From positions 66,216,001 through 66,280,000 of the forward strand of contig OX597821.1 of NCBI GenBank assembly GCA_951406725.2: a stretch of DNA of 64,000 nt, written 5' to 3'. The DNA is from Octopus vulgaris (Eukaryota). The position numbers and the translations under genes were made by a program. Shown here piece by piece: positions 28,861 through 41,313 of this stretch. The notes under the pieces were generated by a model, which was not told the DNA's origin, ran no database searches, and was given only the letters and a program-made list of their open reading frames with translations. Numbering within the stretch: position 1 is the stretch's first letter; each line of letters starts with the position of its first letter.

Positions 28861-29029
28861 TCGTTCATTACTGTTGTTATTCTAACTTCATTGACTAAAG
28901 ATTTCCGGACAATGGACATGAGTTAGAATAAGAAAAGTAATAAACTAGTGAAGAACGAATATATAGTGCGTGTGTTTATACAACAACAATGTAAAATTTC
29001 CATTATAACTGAGCATAAAAACAAACAGT

Positions 29030-29151
<122 letters not shown>

Positions 29152-29224
29152 CGGGTGGATTTTGTAATGATGACATTCTCTAGAAGCGGCGACGACAATT
29201 TTCAGAATTTAAGAACTTATGTTG

Positions 29225-29352
29225 TATGTTTACATTATTTACATTCGACGGATATTTGTCCTCATTTTGTTTGTTGTTAACACAACGTTTCGGCTGATAT
29301 ACCCTCCAGCCTTCTTCGGGTGTCTTGGGGGAAATTTCGAACCTGGGTTCTC
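29225..29352 (-). mobile_element. Family H tail copy containing a hammerhead-like motif (29279-29324)
   Basis: Minus strand reads GACAC-CCGAAGA-A-GGCTGG..TCAGCC-GAAACGTT-GTGTT. Confidence 0.8.
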
Positions 29353-29418
29353 AAACCTTCCAAAATCTCTAGAAATATATAGAACTGAGCTAAAGTATCC
29401 TCAACATTAAATAATTAA

Positions 29419-29571
<153 letters not shown>

Positions 29572-29574
29572 ATA

Positions 29575-29795
29575 CGTTTGTGTGTCTGTGTTTGTGTGTC
29601 CCCCCCCCCCCCAACATCGCTTGACAACCGATGCTGGTGTGTCTATGTCCCCGTAACTTAGCGGTTCGGCAAAAGAGATCGCTAGAATAAGTGCTAGGCT
29701 TACAAAGAATAAGTCCTGGGATCGATTTGCTCGACCAAAGGCGCTGCTCCAGCATGGCCACAGTCAAATGACTGAAACAAGTAAACGAGTAAAAG
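29575..29795 (+). mobile_element. SINE family A, 3' half
   Basis: CATCGCTTGACAACCGATGCTGG...CAGTCAAATGACTGAAACAAGTAAA. Confidence 0.85.
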
Positions 29796-29820
29796 GGTAT
29801 GTATATATATATATATATAC

Positions 29821-29879
<59 letters not shown>

Positions 29880-29904
29880 ATGTGTGTGTGTGTGTGTATG
29901 TATG

Positions 29905-29949
<45 letters not shown>

Positions 29950-30321
29950 CAGCAATATAACAACAAGAACTACGGCCACTCCTCCTTACTAGCCCAATTA
30001 ATGAAATATTAAACTCCACAGCAAGGCAAGAGCCCTTCCCTGTGTATTTATCCACTTTCTCATTTTCTCGAAATACCACAAGCGACTCTTCATTATCATT
30101 GTCCTTATGTTCTACTGCTATTACCCTTACCAAGACTAGATAACGACAACAACAACAACAACAACATCATGATCAACATTGGCAGTCACTCTTCAATACT
30201 AGAACAATTGATGACCCATTAAACAACAGTCTGGAGCTCTTCTCCATAATTAGGTCATTCAAATTTGTCTCAGAATAATACAAGGGATCCATCACCACCA
30301 TTGTCATCCTACTATCTACTG

Positions 30322-30375
<54 letters not shown>

Positions 30376-30479
30376 CAATTTGTGAAGGACCACTCCTTTC
30401 TTCTTCCTTCCCTCTATTATCCACTTTAATGTGAATATATACCTGGCAGCTCCATGATAAATTTGTCTACTATAAATAA

Positions 30480-32517
30480 AGTAAAATCATGAACACACGA
30501 AACCACCAAATATGGCGCTATTCTCAACGCGAGAGACTATGCATACGCAGTGACTGTAGCTTCATCCATTTTCAAAAGACAAGATGTACAATTCGTACAA
30601 ACAATAGCAACCTACGCCAAACTACACAGCTGACAACACCACCACCACCATCACTACGAAATGCTAAATCACACTTAATAACTACTACACATGTAACCCG
30701 GAACCCCAAAATCTGTTGCTTTCCCAACACGAAAGATCATGTCTGATGTGTAACTGTCTCGTCACTAATCTTTCAAGGACTCGATGCACTAATAAAAACC
30801 TGACTTCAAATCACCACCAAATCCACAGTAGAAATATTCCTTACAGTGGCAGTGTTGGTTCAGACTTTCATCGAAACCCAGATATCATCCAGGTATCTAC
30901 TGTGAAATCAACAGCCGCAAACCATGATGAATCTGGCAAAAGAAATAAAAGAGACTTCTAGCTCTCACACAGCACCAACCATTGCTTTTACCCCAGTGCA
31001 CAACCACACACCATTGCTGTCATTAACTCACAAACTCAACTCTATGATAATGCCGAATGTACAAGGTCTTTTACACTTCACAAATTGAACATAAATATCA
31101 TATCTTGAAGAGTTCGTACAGCGAGAAAAGACAATATGTGAAACACTAAGTGCAACGCACCTGACCCCAGACTTATCGGATGTGGAAGTACATGTTAGAT
31201 TATGTATTACTCAGGGCTGACCATAGAATACGGATACAAGGGGAAATAACGATTTTCATCCAAGATGACCTGGCAACAAATGTCCCCTCCCCTGCTCCAA
31301 CACGGTGCGCAATACACTAATATTACATGTAATTGATTTCAATTTGATCATAGGTATTACCTACGGTCTTCCTGGTGCAGCTAGCCACAGAGATCAAAGA
31401 TGCTTTGTCGCTCATAAGTCAAACCACAAATGAGGCCAATGTACTTTGAGCAGAGGATTTTAGTTTTCCTAATTTCAGCAGGCCTGAGGGTTATATCCAA
31501 CCTGAAATTATACAACTGAACAGGAGAGATATGAATGCTCTTTTCGACACCACTAAAAGATTTCCTCATACAATTAATCATTACCTGTCCAACTAAGGGA
31601 AATAACATACTCGACTCAGTCTTTATCACCAATACAGACTTCACTCACAATGTTGAGATCATTCCCACAGCTATTCCCGACCACAACATTATACAATTAT
31701 CTGTATACGGTTCAAAGAGAGCAACACACATAAATAGCATCAAACATGGCTCAATCCTCCTAAACTTGAATTTCAAGAAGGCCAAGTGGAATAAAATGGG
31801 ATCTGAAATCCTTAAAGCAAATTGGCAATCTCAATGCTAACGAAGGAATGAAGCTTCTGAAAGAAGAATTAATCAGAATGTGTCGAAAGTATTCCCCATA
31901 TAAACACTCCTATTCCTACAAGTACTTGATTCCGTGAGATAGACGGATACCAGTGCGTAACAGAATAAAAACCAACAAAACAACTATAAAACCAAACTCT
32001 CTCAACAGATGAGATTGTGAAAAGATAAAAAAGAACATCGAACTGGACCTAAAACTATCTCATGAGAAAGAAACTTCGCTAAGAAAACAACGAGCAGTAT
32101 AAAATATAACATTCATTTCTAAGATCAATAAATTTTCCCCTTTACTAAACAAAACTCAGCTACGCATAACCAGATTGACTATCTAACGGATCAAAATGGA
32201 TCATCTACTAATGAGTTATCACAAATATGTAAATTCTTGAGTCGACATTATGACAGTGCATCTTACCAAACTATAAGTGAACAAAATAACATATGAGCCG
32301 AATGAATTCTTTGATCCTCAGAACTAAACTTACAACTAATGTCTTAGATTCAAACTCAGCATCTGGACCAGATGGTCTGCCAGCCATACTACTAAAAACG
32401 TGCAAAAACAGTCTCGTGAAACCATTAAAAATACTATTTCACAAGTCGCAAGATACCGGCGAATTCCCAGAACTATTAAAAGACACAATGGTAATACCTA
32501 TACACAAAGGAAGGTAG
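30480..32517 (+). mobile_element. Decayed CR1/L2/Jockey-group LINE (ORF1 remnant, APE endonuclease, start of RT)
   Basis: ORF 31535-31840 has PTKGNNILDSVF...IPDHNII (APE C-terminal motifs). ORF 32293-32517 has SASGPDGLPAILLK...LVKPLKILF...GEFPELLKDTMVIPIHKG (pre-RT block). Many stops and frameshifts, and the element is cut by a SINE at 32525. Confidence 0.85.
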
Positions 32518-32524
32518 TGAGACT

Positions 32525-32760
32525 GAAGGTGAGCTGGCAGAACCGTTAGCATGCCGAGCGAAATGCGTAGCCGTGTTTCGTTTGCCGTTACGTTCTGAGT
32601 TCAAATTCCGCCGAGGTCGACTTTGCCTTTCATCCTTTCGGGGTCGATAAATTAAGTACCAGTTACGCACTGGGGTCGATGTAATCGACTTAATCCGTTT
32701 GTCTGTCCTTGTTTGTCCTCTCTGTGTTTAGCCCCTTGTGGGTAGTAACGAAATAGGTAT
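32525..32760 (+). mobile_element. SINE family B, long-tail variant, well preserved
   Basis: GGTGAGCTGGCAGAACCGTTAGC...GCCTTTCATCCTTTCGGGGTCGATAAATTAAGTACCAG...TTTAGCCCCTTGTGGG. Confidence 0.9.
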
Positions 32761-32811
32761 CAAAGGCATTGTTTCAAATAGAATTAGTACATGATTTGTG
32801 GAAAACAAACT

Positions 32812-32817
32812 CGCATC

Positions 32818-32848
<31 letters not shown>

Positions 32849-34070
32849 TCATCATTATCGTCATGCCATCGCTACTATTGCCACGCCCTCTACCAACCTC
32901 ATAACCACCTACCCTCAACATTTTAACATTTATCACCACCGCCGCCACCGCCTCCGCCCCCAGCACCGCTGCCGCTTCCACCACCGCCGCTATTATCACC
33001 CCCACTGCTACGATCATTATTGCCACTGCCATTCCCAATCCGACCTTCACAACTGCCTCAGTTCCCATTAGCCTCACCATTTCGATGTCTGCCATCACCA
33101 CCATCACCACTACGACAAGCATCACCACTACGACAAGCATCACCACTACCACCACCACCAACATCACCACCGCTACTATCATTTCCGACATCACCGTCAT
33201 CACTTCAACCTCCACTGCTATCATCACCACCACACCATCATCACCACGACCACGACCACCACCACCACCATCATCGCAGCCACCATCACCACCACTACCA
33301 CCTCATCACCACCACAACAACCAGCACCACCAAGACTTCCACTACCACAACTACCATCACCACCACCACCACCACCACAACACCAACACCACTATCATCA
33401 CCACCACCATCACCATCACCACAACAACCATCATCGCCACCATGCCCGTCATTATCATGAACTTTGACATTCGACGCCACCACCATCACTGCTACGAGCT
33501 CCACCACCATCACCATTGACACCACTACGATTACCGCGATGGCGACCGCCACCACCGCCACCACCACAACCACCACCACCACCACCACCACCGCCACCAC
33601 CACACCACCACCACCACCACCACCACCACCATCACCACAACCATCAACCCCATTATAATACCATCAATGCCATCACCACCACCACCAACACCACCGCCAC
33701 CACCACAACCACCATCACCACCACAACCATCACCACCACAGCCATCAACCCCATTATAATACCATCAATGCCATCACCACCACCACCAACACCACCACCA
33801 CCACCACCACCACCACCATCACCACAACCATCACCACCACAGCCATCAACCCCATTATAATACCATCAATGCCATCACCACCACCACCACCACCACCACC
33901 ACAACCACCATCACCACCACTACCACCACCACCACCATCACCACAACCATCACCACCAAAATCACCACCACCACCACCACCATCACCACAACCATCACCA
34001 CCACAGCCATCAACCCCATTATAATACCATCAATGCCATCACCACCAACACCACCAAAATCACCGCCACG
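32812..34070. repeat. (CAT)n/(ACC)n low-complexity tract with a higher-order ~35-bp unit
   Basis: CCATCAACCCCATTATAATACCATCAATGCCATCACCACC occurs four times between 33640 and 34045. Confidence 0.85.
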
Positions 34071-34281
34071 TTTTCAACGTGTCTTCCTGACATTTAATGC
34101 TACAGCTGACTAAACTGCAAGCTTCGTGTAAATGACTTATCGCACACACGCTTACATATGCGTGCACTGACAGACACAGTTATAGATGCATGCACGCACG
34201 CACAAACGCACGCGCACATACACAAACACACAAATAAACAAACAAGCAAACACGTGCATACACTTACGTACTTACACGTAC

Positions 34282-34429
34282 TGTGTGGTAAGTAGCTTGC
34301 TTCCCAACCACATGGTTCCGGGTTCAGTCCCGCTGCATGACACCTTGGTCAAATGTCTTCAACTATAGCCTCGGGCCGACTAAAGCCTCCTGAGTGGATT
34401 TGGTAGACGGAAACTGAAAGAAGCCCGTC

Positions 34430-34488
<59 letters not shown>

Positions 34489-34490
34489 CA

Positions 34491-34552
<62 letters not shown>

Positions 34553-34554
34553 CA

Positions 34555-34617
<63 letters not shown>

Positions 34618-34826
34618 GTATGTGTGTTTGTCACCCTATCCAACATCGGTTGACAACCGATGTTGGTGTGTTTACAACCCCGTAACTTAGGAGCTCAGCA
34701 AAAGAAACCGATAGATTAAATACAAGGCTTACAACGAATAAGCCCTGGGGTCAATTTGCTCGACTAAAGGCGGTGCTCCAACATTGCCGCAGTCAAATGA
34801 TTGAAGCAAGTAAAAGAATAAAAGAA
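34282..34826 (+). mobile_element. SINE family A
   Basis: Colinear with the consensus, with a long internal (TA)n/(TACA)n. Confidence 0.9.
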
Positions 34827-34829
34827 TAT

Positions 34830-34980
34830 TACATTATTTACATTCGACGGATATTTGTCCTCATCTTGTTTGTTGTTAAACACAACGTTTCGGCTGATAT
34901 ACGCTCCGGCATTCATCAGGTGTCTTAGGGAAATTTCGAACCTGGGTTCTCATTCCTAAGGTATTTTTCGATATTATTAC

Positions 34981-35035
<55 letters not shown>

Positions 35036-35620
35036 TTTTTTTTTTTTTTTCTTCTTTCAAATTTGCTTCCATTTCTTGCCGAGTGTCTTCCCGACTCCTA
35101 GGGCAAAGAAACTCATAGTATACATTGGTAGGCCATTAAACCAAACTCAGTAGTTCGTTCATTTAAAAAAAAATTTTTTTTTAAGTTAAATTAAAATACA
35201 TGAGCAGCAACAGTTCTCACATCGACAATGCTCTTCTCAATACGTGTGATGTACCAGTTAAGACAATCTTTTGCACTTCTTGCAGGGATGGTAAGCCAGG
35301 GATCATTCTCATATAATTTTCGGTTCCCTTCTTGATCATTCCTAGTGCTCCTACGATCACTGGTATTGTAACCGCCTTGAGATGCCACATTTTCTCAATT
35401 TCAATGAGTAGGTCTTTATATTTTCTGAGCTTGTCAAACTCTTTCGCTGAGATATTTTGATCATAGGGGATGCTCATGTCGATCAATAAGCAAACGTTAT
35501 TGTTTTATTATTATTATTATTATCATTATTATTATTATTATTCAGGTCACTGCTTGGAATCGAACTCAGATTCTTGGGGTTAGTAGCCCGCTCTCTTAAC
35601 CACTACGCCATATGCCCGTA
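34830..35620 (-). mobile_element. Family H, full-length copy: tRNA-like head, (TAA)n, hammerhead-like tail (interrupted by a Dong/R4 insertion)
   Basis: Minus-strand head GGGCATATGGCGTAGTGGTTAAGAGAGCGGGCTACTAACCCC...GAGTTCGATTCC has A and B boxes. The tail contains GACAC-CTGATGA...CAGCC-GAAACGTT-GTGTT (34879-34924). Confidence 0.85.
35034..35503 (-). mobile_element. 5'-truncated R4/Dong-clade non-LTR retrotransposon (RLE endonuclease C-terminus, 3' UTR, poly-A)
   Basis: ORF 35217-35486 reads IDMSIPYD..ISAKEFDKLRKYKDL.IEIEKMW....TIPVIVGALG...QKIVLTGTSHVLRRAL. There is an A17 tail (T run 35034-35050) and (TAA)n on both sides. Confidence 0.9.
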
Positions 35621-35703
35621 GTGTTTAAGAACGCGGGCTACTAAGTCCAAGATTCCGAGTTCGATTCCAAGCAGTGACCTGAATAATAATAATAATACTA
35701 TTG

Positions 35704-35740
<37 letters not shown>

Positions 35741-35798
35741 TAACAATAACAATAATAATAATAATAATAACAATAACAATAATAATAATAATAATAAC

Positions 35799-35850
<52 letters not shown>

Positions 35851-35982
35851 TATTAACATCGAAAATACCTTAGGAATGAGAGCCCAGGTTTGAAATTTCC
35901 CTAATACACCCGATGAAGACTGGAGAGTATATCAGCTGAAACGTTGTGTTTAACAACAAACAAGATGAGGACAAATATCCGT
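35617..35982 (+). mobile_element. Family H copy, head-to-head with the preceding copy
   Basis: CGTAGTGTTTAAGAACGCGGGCTACTAAG...GAGTTCGATTCCAAGCAGTGACCTGAAT(AAT)n...TACAC-CCGATGA-A-GACTGG..TCAGCT-GAAACGTT-GTGTT. Confidence 0.85.
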
Positions 35983-36823
35983 AGCTCGTTAGATTCTATA
36001 TGAATAGAAAATTTTAAAATATTTACGTCGCAGACGTGTGGAAAACGCTCAGAACTCGAGGAAAACGAAGAAAACTTCAATGAATACGGGTTATTTTCCC
36101 TTAATAAGAGGGGGAAAAATCCTTAATAGACTCGGAGAGACTTCAGATGCAAACGGGGAGATCCAATTTTCTTGTACGTAACGCTTAAAGTGGATACATG
36201 CATACACACACACACATATATATATACACATGTAGTGATGCATAATGTCTTAGGTGTCTCAAACACTTAACAAGTCGGTATAATCAATGTGAAATGTCTC
36301 GAAAAGTGTTATTCTAATCTGTTTATAGAATGAGACGCGGTGATATATGGCAGTCCTCTTCTGGACACAGGACTTGGCACGGTAGTATGTAAAACATACT
36401 TTTTATCATACTGTAAGAATATTGTCTCTAAGTCGCCATCAAAAGCAGGGCAAGAATATATAAATCTTGGCACTTAAAGACAATCACAGCCTGCCTTGGG
36501 CATCCCAATTCCAAATTTGCGATCGATTAAATAGTTGTTTCTGTTCGATAATATTTTTTTTGTTTTTTAATCGTTGCCTGAAGGACAATGACTAAGGAAA
36601 CCTAGGAGAGATTTGAATACACAACGGGAAAAACCAAATAAATACCGCAATGTATTTTGTCCGATGTACTAACGTCAAGGGTTCCAGACGAGCCTACCTC
36701 ACTGCAGGAAACACGGATAAGGGTAGCCGCATCAAACTCCCTCATTGACCAAATGTCACATATCAGAGGAGGTTTCTAATATTGGAGTACCTCAGTCAAC
36801 GGTAGTGCAAACGTATAGTGTTT

Positions 36824-36867
<44 letters not shown>

Positions 36868-37175
36868 GTGCTTGAAGCATATTTGAACCCGTTAGGACGC
36901 CATTCCTTGTAACGTGCCATGGAGAACATTTTTCGCTCCATACAAGTAGGTATAAATACGCCGACTCTGCTTACAGCCCCACCTAACCAGATTATTGGAT
37001 GCATGCATTTCGCAGTGTTTATCTCCTATTCAGTGACATATATATATATAACGGGAAGCTTTATGAAAATAAACAAAAGACGAAGGCAGGTTTACGGAAA
37101 TAAACAAAAGACGTAGGCAGGTGGAATACAAACAAACAATTGTATTAGTATGGCGCTCAGGAATATAAATATATA

Positions 37176-37212
37176 TCTTTTACGTTTCGAGCCTACGCTC
37201 TTCAACAGAAAT
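37176..37212 (-). ncRNA. Second minimal hammerhead-like motif (CUGUUGA core variant)
   Basis: Minus strand reads TTT-CTGTTGA-A-GAGC(GTAG)GCTC-GAAA-CG-TA-AAAGA. A relative lies at 41181-41214. Confidence 0.45.
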
Positions 37213-37284
37213 ATATATATATGAGTGTGTGTGTGTGTGTGTGCAGACACTAACACGCATATAAAATGTATACCGACATATGTT

Positions 37285-37582
37285 TGTTCCTTTTCGAGCC
37301 ATGCCTGGCTCATAAGGGCCGGCTTCCCGGTTTCCTTGGCGTATAGGTTCCCCACCTGGACGGGACTCTGGTTCGTCGCAGGTGAGCTGCAAGATGCAGG
37401 AGGAAAGAGTGAGAGAAAGTTGTGGCGAAAGAGTCAGCAGAAATTCGCCATTACCTTCTGCTGGAGCCGCGTGGAGCTTAGCTGTTTCGCTCATAAACAT
37501 ACACATCGCCCGGTCTGAGATTCGAACCCGCGATCCCTCGACCGCGAGTCCGCTGCTCAAACCACTAGGCCATGTGCCTCCA
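37285..37582 (-). mobile_element. SINE with a family C-type head and a different tail
   Basis: Head TGGAGGCACATGGCCTAGTGG...CAGCGGACTCGCGGTCG...GGTTCGAATC is like that of the 27280-27662 copy. The tail ...AAGGAAACCGGGAAGCCGGCCCTTATGAGCC is unrelated to the family C tail. Confidence 0.8.
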
Positions 37583-38322
37583 CATACCAACATATACATA
37601 CGAATATATGCTTCTTGTTACCGATTATTGAATATTAGATAACATGAAGCTAGGTTCTTCTATTTATGAAGTGAAAGCAAGATAAATACGAATTATATAT
37701 AAATTATTTGTAAGAAACTAAGAAACTTTATTTTTCATTTCATGATATATGAATGATGATATATTATTTCGTAGTTTAGACATTTATTTAATATTTGAAA
37801 TACTGTGATGTATATGAATGTTTATTATTATTTCTTGTCATTGGATTTCCATATGAAAAAGGGACACAAAATCTTGCTTTTCGTGGAACTGACTTACATC
37901 CAGGAAGTGGACGGACGCAGCTGTTTAGTCGCTGGCAATTTGGCGTGACTGAGTAGATTTTGAACATGTTTTGGCGATGACATTTTTGCTGAAAGTACTT
38001 TTTAGCACTGGAGGCAAACATGCACACACGCACGAATGCATAGAAATATACTCGCTCAGACCAAGATAATAAGGGCGAGAGATAACAATTTGTTAATGGG
38101 ATCCGATTGACATAAACACTTTACCTTGCTTTATACTGCAAAAGAAAAATATGCTCGCACACACAAACATAGCCCCATGTCCACACATATACACACAACG
38201 GGAGGGAGGAAATGTCTTATGCGAAGTTAGCGTCAATTCAACTATGCCAAAACGGTGGCGCCAAAATGGTCGTGCCAAATGTCTCATACACTACAAGAAC
38301 ATAGCTACTGAATAAAATGTTT

Positions 38323-38561
38323 CTTTGGAGTAAAGATTGTTTGCCAACATAACATGGCAGCCCTGGTTTAGGACGAATGTTGCTGTAATTTAGATGTCTC
38401 CTGCTGGCTATACGACACGACCTGTGTCTTTATATTTTTGAACAAGAATACAGATCATGTATAACCAGCTGGAGACAATGTCTCCTGGGGCTAAATTACA
38501 GCAACATTCGACCTAAACCAGAACTGCCATGTTATGTTGGCAAACAATCTCTACTCCAAAG
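38323..38561. repeat. Palindromic (fold-back) MITE-like element, ~70-bp near-perfect arms
   Basis: CTTTGGAGTAAAGATTGTTTGCCAACATAACATGGCAG...GTAATTTAG pairs with CTAAATTAC...CTGCCATGTTATGTTGGCAAACAATCTCTACTCCAAAG. Confidence 0.85.
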
Positions 38562-38994
38562 TCTGTTACTTTATATCTCTCGTTGTGAGATTTAAAAAAA
38601 TAGTAAAAAGTTTCTGTTGATACTTTCCACAGACAGGTAAATACAAAACATTCGCAGAAATTGCGACAGCTCATCACACTGATAATGACTTCGTGTGATT
38701 CATCGTCTTTGCGTTGCATTCTAGCAGCGTCATGCTAGCAAGAGTGAAATACACCCCCATGGTAAAAAATCGTGTACCACCGACAGATTTTAAACATCCA
38801 GCGGAATACATAATGGTATCACAGATTAAAACCATAGACCATCCATAATTTTGCAAAGATCATAAAAATATGATTAAGGAGGACTGGTTTAAAGTCATGC
38901 TTAGTGACGAAATATCCATTCAGGAGTTTACATCTAATGCTCCTTTCGTTCGTTCGTTCGGCTGTTTATCAAATTCCAATTGCACCCTAAAGTA

Positions 38995-39536
38995 TTGGGT
39001 TGTCCGGAAAGTTCGTACCGATTTATAGTAGCTTAGCTTTCGACTTATTTTAGAACATGTTGAGTCCATAAAATAGCATTTAACTACACCTCCATTTAGA
39101 GCACAGTTGAAGCTATCTTTTCGTGGAAGAAGGTTTATGTTCCTATAACCTGTGTTAATTTTGTAACCCTTTAAAATTGAAGATAAGAAAGTTCCTTTCG
39201 GCACTTGATGCTTTGGGAACCAGAAAAAAATTGCTGCAGCTCTGCTGGGATGTGTTACCTCATTCTCCATATTCACCAGATATTGCTCCTTCGAATTTCC
39301 ACTTATTCAGGTCTCTGCAGAATAGTCTTTGGATGACGTAAAAAGATACCTTGATGAATTCTTTGCCATGAAACCACATCAATTCTGGGAAGAGGGTATT
39401 TTCAAGTCAAAGGAAAAATGGAGACGCATTGTGCAACAAAATGGTTCATATTTGGTTGATTAAAAATGTTATAGCAAGTATTTATTCACATTTTTCTTTC
39501 CTTTAAAAATTGGCATGAACTTTCCGGACAGCTCAA
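38995..39536 (+). mobile_element. Internally deleted mariner (Tc1/mariner) element
   Basis: TIRs TTGGGTTGTCCGGAAAGTTC / GAACTTTCCGGACAGCTCAA with TA on both sides. The remnant at ~39247-39462 reads WDVLPHSPYSPDIAPSNFHLFRSLQNSL...FWEEGI....KWRRIVQQNGSY, with the third catalytic D changed to N. Confidence 0.92.
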
Positions 39537-40558
39537 TATTATTGCTTGCAGAGATATATCCAGGTGTAGGTGGTCTATCTGTAATTTGTTGGAGATATTC
39601 ACCCAGGAACCGTTCGATTAAATTTGAGAGCATTTTCTTCTCTTGAGTGTCTTGGTACGATGTTTAAGAGGGCAGAGTTAAGCTATGTTGTCCAGGGCGC
39701 ATTATAATAAGAGAAAAACATTTCTGGCAAAGAGATAAGTTGGTATTTGAATTATTTCAAGTTGTAATAGTATTAGTATGAGGCATTGTAAGAAAGTGCC
39801 ACTGAATTCACCATTTATTGGTGATTCCCTACCTCTCTTGGCGGATGATGTCTTTGCCCCACGCAAACGAGAACCCTCCAACATATGGGTCTGCTTTGGG
39901 TACTTGTTACTGGCGAGAGATTTACGAGGTCGGACTGCAAATCCTACTTCAACCTCTTGTAGTCGCCTTTTACGACACACAGAGGAAACGATAGTTCTAT
40001 TCTTTCACACGAAAGCAACCTGAAGTAAAGTGTTATGCTCATAAACAAAAACAACACTCGGCTCGGGAATCGAAACCACAATCTTACGATGGTGAGACCA
40101 GCTACCTTAACAACTAGACCATGCTCCTTTACATTTTCTCAATGAAGAACCATAAACTTCAAAACTTAACTGGGTACTTTGAAGAAAATGCCAGTTTATA
40201 TTACACCATATCCCAACAAGAATGTGAATCTTGTCATTTTGCAAAATGCGTGAAAGACTAACTCAGAGATAATGATATCAAACAATTTGGTGAATGCCTA
40301 GTGCCATATCCTGACCTGAGCTCTAGACAAATTACTGTCTTTTACACTTTTATTCCTTTACTGGATTTAGTTAGTAGGCTGAGGACATTCTATCAAATCG
40401 ACTCCAGTATTTACTTTATAAAAGTTTTATACGTATCAGACTCTTTTGGCGAACAGCTAGGTTACAGGGACGTAAACAAACAGACAAACACCAGTCATCA
40501 AAGCATGAGAATACAATCACATACATACTTCAGAAGGAAACGTGTGCATATCATATAC

Positions 40559-40617
<59 letters not shown>

Positions 40618-40698
40618 GTGTGTGTGTATATATATGTATATATATAAATGTGTATATATATATATATGTATGTATATATGTATATATATATGTATGTA

Positions 40699-40748
<50 letters not shown>

Positions 40749-40952
40749 TATTGTTGACGTTCATAACAAGTCTGTAAAGTTTCGGGAGAACACGGAATAA
40801 TTCGTTTTTGAAATAGTATATCTTGCAGCGCTTACAGAAAGCTACAAATAATAGCATTGTTTTATATACGCATATTTATATATATATATGCACATGCGTA
40901 TGCAGGCACACTCACAAACACACACAGCATATAATATATATATATATATATG

Positions 40953-41090
<138 letters not shown>

Positions 41091-41313
41091 GATTTAAAGA
41101 TTACAAAAAAAAAAGTCAGAGACTGGTAAGGAAACAAGAAACAAGATGTATGCGTTGGACGCTCAGGGGAAACGGAAGCGTTTGACGTTTCAAGCCTACG
41201 CTCTCTACAGAAAGAAATGAGAAAAGGAAAACAGATGGAATGAGAAAAAAAAAAGATGGAGAGAGACAAAAGACGTGTCTGGATTAACGGTTGCACCTGT
41301 TAAATATATCAGA

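Noticed and set aside
35545-35680. tRNA-like heads of family H (and other SINE heads) as tRNA genes
   Set aside because: They have no proper acceptor stem and are attached to repeat bodies. Only 50896-50969 forms a full cloverleaf.
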